A stretch of DNA of 64,000 nt from Hyphochytrium catenoides. Lineage: Eukaryota > Protista > Hyphochytriomycota. The notes under the pieces are model-generated. The model was given only the letters and a program-made list of their open reading frames with translations. It made no database searches and was not told where the DNA came from. This document shows, piece after piece, positions 1-13,000 of the stretch (position 1 is its first letter; each line of letters opens with the position of its first letter). A program made the position numbers and the translations under genes. The stretch is taken from contig FLMG01001166.1 of assembly GCA_900088475.1 (NCBI GenBank), positions 62,001 through 126,000 on the forward strand. The letters run 5' to 3'.

Positions 1-33
1 ATTAACTGAGGTCATCAGCTCAGGTGGTGGCTA

Positions 34-3000
34 ATGAAGCGAAGCAAGATGAAGCTTCAGATGTGGCTTATGATGCTCTTCTGCTATTACCTGTCTGGAT
101 ATGACCGTGATATGAGGATGGTGCAAGCTCAGGTTGCCGTGGGAGGTATCTGTAGCTGCATTGGGCGTCAATCACTGAGGGGCCACCTCATAATCTATGG
201 TGATCCTGACACGTCAACCTACTGGAAAGCAGTCCAGACTGGTTTCCTAGAAGCATCCAAGCGACTCTGCATCCGTGCAGACATTCGGACGGTCCCTGCA
301 ACGGAGTTTTTCACTAAGTATCAATACTCTGCACGTGATGCACTAAATAGTCGACTGCAAGCATTCCTAAGTGAAGCAAGCCAGTATCCTCCCACTACCG
401 ACTTCATCGTCACGTCCGCCGTGAATGAATGGCACAGAAGGAGCCGTAGCTGCGCTCCGGAGTGCTGGCTACAAGGTCTTTACTATTGGAAGCTACACCC
501 CTCAGGGACATCTGCATGTGGGGCAGGATGACTATGACGCTGGCTTCCGCGCGGGAACACGTTGCGGCCAGGACCAGGCGCTGGATAATCTTTGCATCAT
601 CCATCAAGGGGCCAATCCGGTCTTTGTGGAACGATGTCGAGGCTTTCAAGATGGAGTCAAGAAAGCATGCACAAAGTGCAAAGCCCGGGTTGTGATGGTT
701 AACAATGATAATATGGAAGAAGCTATCATCACTATCCGCGAAGCTGCGACAGTGAACACGACAGGCTTCTTCGTCCTCTCTGACACAATGTCTCAACCAT
801 TGAAACGAGCTGTCCAGGGTCTGCCGACACCAAAGACTCCCTTCATCTTGGGGTCCTGTGACCTTTTGGAGAACAATCGCAAACTTCTCCGAGAGAAGCA
901 ACTAAGCTTTGTCGCCGACCAGCAGCCATATCTCAAGGTTACATAGCAACCATGACTGCAGTGCAATTCATGTGGACTGGGAACAAGCCCGTAAATCGAT
1001 ATATCAATACGGGCTCCTATCTTGTCAATGCGATTGTCAGGACGAAGAGATGCTAAAGCAAAGCGAAGTCCGCCTCCGCATCGTTCTCAGCGGGCGAGAT
1101 ACGAGTCAATTCTGGCAAGTAGTCAAGAGTGGCTTTCGTGAGGCTGCTGCAGATACTGGCCTTGAGTACAAAGACTGCAATAACCAAACGGTCGTCTGTA
1201 ATGCCACCGACGGACTGCAATACCGCGCACCTGCGGGAACTTTTGACGTTGGAATGGCGAACAGTTTCCTGGATGATCTGGTCGTGGAGAAAGCCAATGG
1301 TATCGTCCTCACTGTTGCTAATAGTGAAGCAATGGCAGACTCAATCTTAAACGCGGACAAGGCTGGGTAAAGATGTTGACCTTCAATTCGTGGCAGACGG
1401 CACGGGCAGACATTGGCGTGAATTTTGCCACTCATATTGGTCAGGACGAATGTGTGGCGGGTTTCATGATGGGAGAGCGCCTAAGAACATTGGGCTTTAG
1501 ATCCATCCTTTTTCTCAACTCACAAGTAGGCAATATTGGAACGGACCTTCGGTTGGGAGGGTTGAACGCAGCTTTCAATGGCAGTGGCATCAGCGTCCAT
1601 ATAGCCAAAGTAGCATCTGACAACATCCCAGCGTCGTACAAAGCAATGGACGATGTCTTTGCTCTCGGTACTTCTCCCCCAATTGACTGCATGATTGCCA
1701 TTGGTTCCTTTACCGCACACGCCGTGAAGTACGTAACCACCAATAGTACATCTGGTTCGGTTGCCTCGCAGTCCAAGGTCGTTAACTTCGATGTGAACGA
1801 GCAAATATTGGCGATGATACAAGCGGGCAACGTTGCGTTCTCCATCAACCAGCAACAGTATCTCCAGGGGTATTTGCCAATCGTTCTCATGCACCTCCTT
1901 CTGGTCTCTGGGCAGCAGTTGAGGGAGCCACTTATCCTCACGGGCCCCAGCATCGTTGATTTGAGCAACATTAACAATCACTGCATGGGCTACCTCTGTC
2001 CTTCTTCTGCGTCTCCTAACGCTATCGGTAGTGCTCCTGGCGGAGAACGAAACAATAGTTGCCCGTTTCCCTCTTGGGCGGGGGACGGGTTTTGCGACTC
2101 CGTCAACAACATCCCAGAATGTGGCTATGACGGTGGTGATTGCTGTGCCTCAACGTGCAAAAGTAGACGCTTTGCTTGTAACTCGGACTTCTTCAGCATA
2201 AACTTCAACAGTTATAAGTGCCTAGATCCGTCAGCAAAAGAGACGTGCAAGCCCGGACAAGAGTTTCAGAAGGGAATCTGCGTGGACTGCCCGTCGGGGT
2301 TCTTTGGCCCTGATGGACAGGTTTGCATTCCTTGTTTCTCCTTCTCGCAGCGATTGCGATGTGAGGGGAAGACCTATGTGTATGCCCGCAAAGGATATTG
2401 GTTGAATGAGACTCGCCTCAGTTCAGCGCTGAAGTCTATTGCTTGGGACGAACTGGGAACAAGCGAGCTTAATCGCTCCAAAGCTATCTCTTCTGCTGTA
2501 GATGCCTCAGTCTTCCTCTGTCCGCAAGGGTTTTGTCCTGGTAAACGTGACCCATAGAGTCGCTAGGCTTTGGAACGGTGAGTGGATGTTACTCCGGCTA
2601 CGATCCTGCCTCTCCTCTTTGCATGGGATGTGCTGAAGGGTATGAAAAAATTGGGACAGCTTGCCAACGCAGCGGTGCCAGTGAATGTGCTAATGTCAGC
2701 TTGAGAGTTCGCGCTGTGACCTTCCTCGGAGTGGGAATAGGCGTGATGCTCGCCACCCTTGTGGTCCTCTTGCGGGACACCACCTCCAGTAAAGTTCAGT
2801 CAGCCTCAATATTGATACTCATCTATTTCATTCAGGGTAAGACGTGCTTGATTGACCGCTATCCGCGCGCATCATCATGTGGGAGCCTTTTGGCCTGCTA
2901 GTGTCACGCTTCACTGATACCTACTGATGTTCACTTATCTTGTCCATGGAACAGCTCAAGTTGGGATTGGGCAAAACTCGCCCACCGGTAAAACTCCCGG

Positions 3001-4765
3001 GCTGGCCCTCGTAGAGGTCTTTAACTACAATTTGTTCCGTCCAGTGCGAGTTGGCGGCATAGTAAGTTCCCCTCCTCACCATGCGGCTGCGTCCAAGCTT
3101 CGAACTCTTATAGAACAGTAGTAAGTTCCTGGCTCTTTGCTTGATGGCTAACCGTGATGACATGTTCAGAATTGCGGCTACCTCGGCTACGGATCGGTGT
3201 ATGACATGTTTTTCTTTCAAGCTATGCTGGCAATCGTTGCGGTCATCGTCTACGTCTTAAGCTGCCTGGTCTTCTACTGGTTCGTTTTAGTCTCTGGGAT
3301 CCGCAGTTTCAAAAGTCTTGGCAAACTTCTGTTGGAAGCGAGCGCTAAGGGCTCAGGACCTGAAGGAGAAAAAGGGTCTTCTAGGTTTTGGAGGTGCGTA
3401 CCTAATGGTAGTTTATACTGTCTCTGATGATGAGCACGACGCCGACCTCAGCAATATCATCTACTCACCTGCTGAAATGTATTTGAACTACTAGGTTTCG
3501 GCTCCCTCGCATCTTGAAGTCCTCTGTGTCAGTCCAACCGGGAGGGCATTCTGCGCGAAAGTCACTTGATAAGCTTTATTGTCAGAGAAAGGTAAGTAGA
3601 GGAGGAAGAAAGAAGGGGAATCTCAAGTGTCAGAAGATTCCTAAGCCGGTCTCCGTGATACTTTCCCTAGATCAAGCAGACTACCCAGGCCGTCCTGGTG
3701 CACATCTTGGTGTTCCCTTTAGTTCGCTTGGCGCTACAGCTTCGGCGATGTCGTCAAGTGTCGGGTGCACTGGTTCTTCAGGCAGACACCAGTATATCAT
3801 GTTCCAGCGAAACCTATGAGCAGGGTGACACGATAGCCATTATACTGCTTTGTTTCTGTGGAGCCATAATCCTTCCATGGACCTTAGTGAACTTCCTATG
3901 GTTCTCGGTGTTCGCTGAGAAGTTCTCCGATATCAGTGTCACCAAGTTCCTCGGTTTTCGAGGTACGATTTATGGACAGCCTTAGATGTTAACAAGCGCC
4001 ATGTCTTCTCTTTCGATCGCACTGACGACTACCGCTGCCCCTTGCTCTATGTGCCATCCCTGTAGTGGACCTGATTAGGTTTCGTGGTGATTACATGGGA
4101 TTCTTCCGCTCCTTCAAAGACGAGTTTTCGCATTGGGGACTATGGAAAACCTGTGAAATGGTCATTCTTGCGATGATGTTAGAACTCCCTGACTCCACGA
4201 CAGTGAAGCTTTTTCTTGTCTGGACCTTATGGCTGTTTTCCCTCATCTTCCAGCTGAGGAATCGGCCATACAAATGTAAGAACTTATTGAAGAAAGAGGA
4301 ACTGTCTTACCTTCCCCCGGAGCGCTCTGATTCCCTTCTGACGATACCTTTGCCTACTCTATCCTCCAATTTCCAGTGAAGAGTGACAATATGCTAGCCG
4401 AGATTGCGCTGATGCTGCAGTTCTTTTGCTCTTCATATTATATCCTGCTTGAGCTGAAGTCGGACAATATCGATTGGGAGACGATGAGCACGGTCGTTGT
4501 GGTCATTGTCACCGTCCTCTTCTCAGCTCTGAACATTGACGATGACGAAGACACGGACGCATCCAGAAAGAGACAAGACAGATGGCGATGGCTTGCTCGC
4601 CTGAAGAAGCCGAGGTCAGGAATGGACTCAAGAAAAGCAACGGGAGAGGCCGTCAAGGTGGACAGGAAGCTCGTCGTCCCGCGGCGATGGAAGAATGCAC
4701 TCAGAACTGTTATTGCCCGAAAGCAGCAAAGCCGAGTACATAGCGCCTTCGAAGTCTCGTCCTAG
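34..4765 (+). CDS. Receptor-like multipass membrane protein: signal peptide, two type I sugar-binding PBP domains, LNR module, Cys-rich stalk and multi-TM C-terminus; 5' part frameshifted (possible pseudogene or sequence error)
   Basis: Two homologous PBP repeats: YWKAVQTGFLEA/FWQVVKSGFREA, HVGQDDYDAGF/HIGQDECVAGF, DQQPYL(QGY)/NQQQYLQGYLPI. LNR-type CPFPSWAGDGFCDSVNNIPECGYDGGDCC at 2060-2146. CxxCPxG repeats follow. Hydrophobic exons at about 2700-4530 are joined by GT-AG introns. Frame changes near 425, 934, 1028 and 1367. Confidence 0.75.
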
Positions 4766-7069
4766 AAAAGATGGAGCGCCAGCGATAGTGGCAAGGCAGC
4801 CCGTGCCTGCCTCATATGCCCTTATGTGTCAGCTCTAGTATGATGGTGGCTTAAGGGAGGATATGGTATAATAATGGAAACTGTGAAGAGGACGGAGTGG
4901 AAACTCAGCTTCGATCTTAGCCGAGGAGAGTTGTTAGCCATTATGAGCTTGAGGCAAACATAGGCCGACCATTCTCGACAATAAGGGGCCACGTTCGCTA
5001 GCTGAGTAAGGCACTAACAGCTGAGGAAATGCTAGTTTATTTCAGTGTGCACAAACAGCATAAGGTAAGAAAGCGCATCTATGGTTCAAACATGTGAGAC
5101 GCGCAATAGCGGATTAGAGCTGGATGGCGGTGGGACGTCTGATATCTCTCTCAGCTCATAAACTGTTAGTCGACCGCTGAAGAGCAAGTGGTGGTGGATC
5201 GATTCTTGACTCCAGACCAAGCTGAACAAGTTCTAACACACCTCCTTATGCTAGCACAGTCTGACTGTTGAACAAAGACTGACTGAATCGGACAGCACAC
5301 ATAGATCTTCTTTCATGGATCTTGGCTAATGACATACTCAAAGATGGCGGACGAGACTGAATAAGACCTCATTGTTCTCACGTAAGAGATTTACGTTCTT
5401 TCTTCGATTGCGGTGGAGGCTTGCTCGACTGGCCGTAGCACCGCCATGAGGCTTTCTGTTGAACGCGATCTCCCAAAGCTCGCTAGAGTGGCAGCCACTA
5501 CATTATTACTTACTTCTTCTCCTACTGCATCTACATCCGTTCAGATCCCCATCATATATTTCGACAACAGGTGTTGACGACGTGCAGCCGCTAAACCCCA
5601 GGACTCCTGTTAATACTTCATCAGGAAAGCCCGAAGGAAGAAGGAAGCAATGGCGTTTCGCGTCAGAACGCGTCAAGTAGCGAGACGAAAAAACTTGACT
5701 TATTATTTGACAACAAAAGACAAAAGGCGCTCTTCTTCGTCTACTTCTTACATCATCGCTGTGCCTCCCTCCACGTCTAGAGCGTTATGTCTCCCAGTAG
5801 TACTAGCCTATGGTGACGCAAGTGTAAAGGCAAGCGCTAGAGGAGGACGCAGCAACAAGCCCATCAAGTTAGAGCTAGTGAAAGTGAAGCAAATCTATCA
5901 AGTGGTGGTCGAGTGAGAGTCGGATGATGATGACTCTCGTCTGCAATGATAACTGGGTTAGTTGGTGGACAGCAGGAGGATGCTGAGCAATGTATATGCG
6001 CAAAACTTAGAATAAAGAGCTAGCTCTCCTCCCTATCAGCAGCAGACAGCCCAGGCCTTCTCCTTAGATCATCTTCATTGTTGTCAGGGCCCTCGTCTGA
6101 CTCCAAGCAAGAAAAGGTCGCCGCTGTCCGGCCGGCGCGGTGGCTGCCTCTTCTTCTTCTATGGCCTGGGAAGACGGAATGCGCTCCACTGGTGGCTGAT
6201 CTGTGCTGGTCATAACTCGCTCAAACAGATACGCCGGAGGATGGTTACGCCACCACGCACCAGAAGACGAACTGGCAAACCGGCGGCGGAGGACATCAGG
6301 ACATCCTAGCCATCCGAGCGAAGCATGCATCTTCAGTTCTTCAGTACTACTCTGGTTATACTCACACGGTGTGGAATGCATGATAGATACGATTGCATGA
6401 TGATGGTAGTCTATGCAAGAAGTCTTCTGTCTCCTCTTTGAATTTGGATCAAAAATCTGGATCATGAATAATAATCACCATTCTTCAGAGGTGGGATGGG
6501 GAGGTGGAGGGCAAGGAGGATCTGAGGACTAGGGAGGCGCTGTAGTAACTGAGCCCTTCATTAATATAGTCTTTATATCCGGTTATCAATACGTAGTTTT
6601 GCAGTCCATGATTCTTGCCTTCTGCAAAGGGCAAAAAGTGGAAAAGTGACGTTTTGAATGTCAGAGGCATCATGATGGCACAGAGGCCAGCGTTGATGGG
6701 TCCAGATACTCAGCTATCAGTCCAAGCGTCAAGCGTGCTCGGAGATCGTCAATGATCATCGGGATGACAGCAGGAGACAGACATCTAGACAGGCCATCTC
6801 TGTGACACTAGAGCCTCGGGAAGCGGGGGAGTGACTGCCTAGTAGAAGCCCGTGAGACAGTAGAGCCTTGAGGAAATCCGAGAACCTTCGCATGTGACAA
6901 TGCTGAAGGAGTAAGGTAAAGTTCGCAAGAATGCAAAGCTCAAGGAAGGCTTTCCTCAATAGTCCCAGAAGATACGCCTGGGTCGAAGCAACCTGGGAGA
7001 AGAGTGGTCACTAGTGTAACAAGTGGTTGGCTTGGCGCGGACAGCGTTGAGAGTGAGACAGACGTGACG

Positions 7070-10000
7070 ATGGCAACGTCCAGCAGGCCTGGTGATTCCG
7101 GTGTCAAAGATGAGATCCGTCAACTGGAGCTGACTCTCGAAAAAACGGAAAGCAGAGTGCGCTTTTTAGAGGATGAAAACGCGTCTCTGAGGGAGGTAAG
7201 CTATAGTCATCTGCCTTCGGCTGGTCTTTGTCTCAACCTTGGTACTTACAGCACTCTTGCATCCTGATCTTGATTTGAACAGCAACTGCACTCGCATGAT
7301 CGAGATGGGGGCCGTCCTCTGGCCACCGAGTACAGATCGAAATATGACAAGCAAGTTGAACGAGAGAAAGCTCTCAAGGAAGAGCTTCAGCGGGCAGAAA
7401 AGAGGGCTCGACAGGTCCACTCTCGCTGACCCGACCCTTACTGAAGCTCATCGTCTGCAATTGTAGCCCTTCTGATCTCTAGCTCCTACGTTTACGTTGT
7501 TCTATCGCTATCTGTCTCACTTCCTTATTTCTGTCGCCATTCACCTATAAGGTCACATGTCTCTGTCATTCATGCCATGACTGACTCTGCCTTCTCACCA
7601 TGCCTCGCATTGTGACTTCTTTAAACCACCTTTTTGAAGGCGGAGAAGGAGGTGGAGCGGCACCTTTCGGATATACAGAAGCTTGAGGAAGAGAACCAGT
7701 CCCTTCAGACCGAGGTGGAAGAGAAGAGCCGCCTTCTGTTGCGCGAGAGACAAATCCGTGACTCTGCTGCAAGCTCTAAGGGCAAAGATGGAGAGAAAGC
7801 GAATCAGAGGGCTGAGCTGATTATTGCCTTGGCCGAGAACGAGGATCTGAGAAACCAGCTTGCTGCTCTGCATAGTGAGATGGAGAGCCTCGTAGAAGCG
7901 GCTCAGCAGCTTGATGCGGACCTCAGAGCGAAGCAGACAGAAGTTGAGGAGATGAAGGAAAGAGGTCATAAGTACATGCAGGAAATTGCCGAACTGAAGG
8001 CACACCAGGAAGAAAGCGACAGGGAAGAGAAAAGGCTTCATGATGAGATACTTAAACTTGACGAGAGGGAACACAACCATCGAGAAGCTTTAGAGAGATT
8101 GACGAGAGATCATGGCCAGCGGGTTGCACTCCTGGAGGATACGATTACACAGCAGAAGAGCAGCATCTCCCTCCTAGAGAAAGAGGTAGAGCATCTGAGA
8201 TCCTCGTCAGACGTTAGTTCGCTGCTGAAGAAAATTGAGGAGCTCGAAACAGCAAGAACATTGGACAAGAAGGCTCTTATGTCAACTCAAACTGAGCTGG
8301 ACAAAACCTTAGCGGATCTAGAGACGATGTGGGAGCTCGGTGAACAATTTGAGCAAAGACTTCAAGAGGCCGTGGAAAAAGCAGCTGGAGAGGAAAAGAA
8401 GAAGAACGAAGAGCTAGTGAAAAAAGTGAGTTCCTTATTATCCTGTTCGTCAGCTCTTAGGCTTCGCTGGAGAGATTATCTGGCGCTTGCGACGCTTAAC
8501 AAAATCTGTCTTAGCATTCCATGCCATGAGTCTCTGCTTTGCTACTCAAACAAGTGCCGTACGTCTTATGGTCTTTACTAATATTCTCCCGTCTGTTTGT
8601 AAGCTGGAGCAAGCGCAGGAAAAGTTAAATGAGCAGAGAAAGTTAATCTCAGAATACGAGTTAAAGCTTGCAATGGAGGAAAAGGAAAGGAGGGAAGCAG
8701 AAGCATGGAATGCTGCTTATGAAAAGAAAGCTGGCTTAGAGGATGTGGTTCGTTATCAGAAAAAGCTAAAGGCAGATATAAGGTTAGCTGTTTCCAAGCA
8801 ATTCCCCCTCTCTACGTGCCCTTTGACCTCATAAATGGGCAGCAAGTGCGTGCGCAATTACATTATTTTTCTCTACCGCTGTGTATCATGTGAGGACCGA
8901 GTAAGATCATTTCTCTTTCTCAAGGCTGCCTGCGTTTCGTCACGGTGTTTTTTAGGCGAAGAGACGAGGACATTCGTAAGCTCAACATGAAGCTTGGAGA
9001 GCAGATGGACGCGAGTAGCTTACTTTATAGTACCTGCCAGAGGCTGAAGCAGGAGCTAGGCCGATCTCCTGACTTCCAGTACGATGACGTGGAGGTAGAG
9101 AGTATATGCTATCTTTCTCTTGGTTCCTCTGCTGTCAGGATCTAGTCCTTCATCCTCTCATCTGTCCTCCCTCCCACCCCTCGTTCTCTTCTATCCCCTT
9201 GTTGCCTTCTTCCCTGCTCTTCTTTACTTTAGGATGAATCTATACTCTATCTCGAGCCTTGACTGAGTGCCCCTTGACTAATTGTCTCATTGCCGCATGT
9301 CCCTCTCACTTCCTCATGTCCCTCTTCCAGCTAAAGACGGAGTATAATGGAGAGCTTGGAGCTGCGCAAGCTTTGAACCAGCAATTGTTGGCACAGATCG
9401 ACGACTTGGAGGAAGAGAGGCTAAGGCTTCTAAAGGTGCGGACGTCAGACTCTCACTTCCGTCGGACTCTGAATATGTGCATGCCGTAGCCGGAGATGCG
9501 TCATCTTTACACTTTCTACATATTCTCGCTTCCGTGACAATGTGGGCCGCAAGCCCTTCTTAGTTCTTCGGCTGAGTGACCCCACTTCTATTAGGCCCTC
9601 CGGTTGAACGCCAAGCATCTAGGAGCAACCGGAATGAAAGATTTCGGCCTTCTGCCTGAACAGATGGTTCTGGTCAACGAGTTCATAGACAACCTTAAGG
9701 AAGGCCGGGCAGATCTGAGACCCGCTCCTTTGTCACTCTATAGTAGAGAGAAAGAGCAAGAGCTACAAGAGCTCAGGACCCAGCTTGCAGTTGCGAATAG
9801 GAGAATAGAAGATTTGGAGGCCCTCAGGGACGAGGATGAAGGTGAGGTTAAAGTGCTGGCATTGCCGATTGTTAGGGTTGCACCCTACTCTCTCAGTCCA
9901 GTCTCCTCGTCTCACACGTCACCAATCCTAAGTCCTTATACCCGGCACTCTGTTCCTGTGTTATATGGTGCTGCTTATGATCACTCTGTTCCCCCGTCGC

Positions 10001-13000
10001 TCTCATCTCTTTCTGACCATTCTCCATCCCTTTCCGTCGCTTCGGTTAAATCCGTTGCAAACCTTTCTGTTACTCTTGGCGCTTTGTAGTCCTTCGCCCT
10101 ATCCACCAGCTTGCAGAGCCTCCGGCAAGCCTGATGAGAAACCTCGACCCTCCATCCCCTGCACTTACCGCACCTACTACTACAGCCTCGACTACACCAA
10201 AAATGAACCGTCAGAAGTCCTCGGTAGAAAAGGAGAAAAATGGGGCCGGGGCGGAAGGGCAGAGTCCCAACGTCGTTAACTCGCTCCGCAATGATGATAG
10301 AGACGCCGTTATTGCCCTTCTGAAGAAAGAGCTTGGGCAAATGACCGACGCATTTCGATTAGCTAACAGCTCCGACAGTAGTCAAGAAGCCATTATGACG
10401 TTGTTGAAGGAGACTCAAAATGCCTTGGAAAAGAGGACTATTGAGATTGAACACTTGAAGGGAGACAACGCAGTGCTGCGAGAGAGATTAAGGATTTCCG
10501 CATCGGACGTTGGTGCCTTATCCTCAGCTTTTCCTACGTCTTCGGCAAGAGGAAAACATGCAAGTGATAAGGACAGCGAGATCTTTTCTACGACCGCCGC
10601 ACCTCCAAGTCCAAGTCAGAGGCCATCAAGTCCGGCAGCTAAGGAGATACTGAAACAGAAGAAGGATGTTGCTCTTCTTCCTCCCGATGATTGGGCTCAA
10701 GAAGTCTCCTCACTCCACTCCCAGCTGCTCACATGCCTGGAGGAGATGGCGAAGGGAGAAAGACGAGAGAAGGAATATGAAGCAGCGATTTCTTTATATG
10801 AAAGTCGGTTAAGGTTGATAGATGATCAGCATCACGAGCTATATAAGGATTTCACGGCCAAAAAGAAGGTTCGGTCACGAAGCCTCGTCTTGAACTCGCT
10901 ACTTTATTTTGGTCTGTCTCTCGGAAACAGTCCAAGACCTCTCGGCAGTCTTCCAAATTTGTCCTTCTACCTGCTTTCTGCACCAGCTCTGTCTAACCAA
11001 GTTCGTTTTTGTGAGTAGAACGAGGAGAGAAGAGAAGGACACTGGAAGAGCTGCTAAAAGAGACTCAGGAGAAGCTTGAGGAGAGTAGGATTAGGCTAAG
11101 CAGGCTGGAGATCCTCGCTTCCACGCTAGAAACTGGAAACGATGCGGAGCTGAGAAACTTGGTAAGGATTGCACGATGCTCCCAACTCCTAACAAACGAT
11201 TGCAAGCGCCACGACGTGTTACGAGATACTAAGAGAAAACGTGAGAAGAGAGTAGCTTAACTTCCGTGGCAAACCCGATCTAGTGGAAGTAAGGGAAGGG
11301 TTCAGAGAAAATAAACCTTAGCAGGGACAACCCAGAAAGCCGCCGGGGTTTGAGATCTCTTTAAGGCCTGGACTCCATTGTTCGTTGAGGCAATACTTGC
11401 TCATTATTATGCTCGGTGATGCACAGACTCGAGAGCTCACAAGAAAGCTGGCAGTGCTAGAAGTGAATGAGTGCGTCCTTGCAAGGTAGGAAGACTATCC
11501 AAAGTAGTCGGGGTCTCTGCTCCAGGCCAGATCTCCGCTCCCCCGTCCTCATCGTGCAAAGTTGTGCATTGATGAAAGCTACAGCTAACTTCTTTCGTCT
11601 ATAGGAAGTATAACCTCTTAAGCGAGGAAGTCGGACAAGAACGGGTTGTCAGAACACAGCTCGAAAGTGACTTTCAGGACATGGAGAGAACGTTAAAGTT
11701 GCGGATCAGAGTACTGGAAAGCTGGAAAATTAGAGCCCATCACAGGTCCCTGCTTCATCCGTATATCTTTTTCACCTTAAGATATAAAGGCAAATATCTC
11801 CTTTCAAGTCTACTCTCTAGGCTATTATCGCTTACCGCGCCTCGATTATGCCCTAGGACCTTCAGACATATTTTTGTCGGCACCATTGTATTCTTAGTAA
11901 TAGGCTGCTAGGGACCATTTGTTGCCTTCCCCACCTTCTATCACATCCAGCCTTCCTTTAGCTATATATTAATAACTCTCTTTCCAGACTCGAGTTCCTC
12001 TCCGCCATGTGCGACCGTTCGGTGCTCAAGACTGACTTCAATAGGATAGAAAGAGAGCTGAAGGTGAGCCTCTTCTCTCGGCCTGCCCAGGCGTAGCTTC
12101 AGCTAAGCCCCTATTGCTTCCAACTCCTAGGAAGTAAAGCAGAAGTGCCTGATTGCAATTGAAAGCGAGGCGCAGATACGGTCCGAATGGATTCTCTGCA
12201 GAGATCTTCCCCGCGAGAATCAGCAGCTAAAGCATGAATTTGCCATATTGAAGGCTGATCTCGAGACAGCCAAAAGAAACTCAACCAGTTCCTCGCCTCT
12301 TTCTTCTTACCAACCCAATGCTGCATTGGTCTCCAGCATGGCGAGAGAGGAGCTATTGCAGGAAGTCAGCAAAGCAAGAGGTGCGGCGGCTCAGCTTGAA
12401 ATAGAGCTTGCAGGCACCAAAAAGAAGGCTGAGATACTTACTGATCGAGTTAAGGAGCTGGAGGTAGCCAAAAATAACTTCTCTTTAAGGCGTCCCCTGA
12501 CAATGTCTTCTCCTGCTTGCTCCTTGCTAGAGCGCGTCCAACACCTTCACTTCGTTTATGCTTCTTTTTCTGCAAGGTCCTACCTTTAGCTGTAAGTTGG
12601 TCTGGAAGGCTGGTTCTTCTTGTTGAGCGGTATGAGAGACTGCCACTAAGATGTTTTCTCTTCCATATAGGCGGAAGTCGAACATCAGCGGCAGAAGCTA
12701 AAGGATGTCGAAGGGAAAAACGACACCTATAAAGCCATTTTGGAGAAGAATGTCCAAAAAGCTAGGGAGATACTAGGTCAGAAAACAGACGAGGATTAGG
12801 GTGCTACTGATGCTGAGGGAGGAAGAGGAACTAAGTAGAGGTTGCAGAAATGTAGTTCGAGTACCCGCTTGCCTTCCCTCTTAATGTCGCTATCCCACAC
12901 CATGTCAACCTGATTGCCTTCCTTAGATGCCTACGAAGGCGGCGCTACCGGTGACCAAGTGAACCTCATGCAAGAGCGCATTCAGGAACTGGAGAAAGAA

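Noticed and set aside
384-393. GTATCCT resembling a U12 donor that might explain the first frameshift
   Set aside because: Nearby AG acceptors give 3n lengths that do not fix the frame, and splicing would delete the conserved DFIVTS strand.
938-1040. Possible GT-AG intron bypassing two frameshifts
   Set aside because: It restores frame but removes sequence clearly homologous to the end of PBP repeat 2, so it looks like former coding sequence; cDNA is needed to exclude it fully.
5923-5986. ATGATGA...CTGA resembling a C/D box snoRNA
   Set aside because: No terminal stem or recognisable rRNA guide; such boxes arise by chance.
9922-9936. 15-mer ccaatcctaagtcct also found at 50902-50916
   Set aside because: A few exact 15-mer matches are expected by chance in 64 kb, and the flanks do not align.
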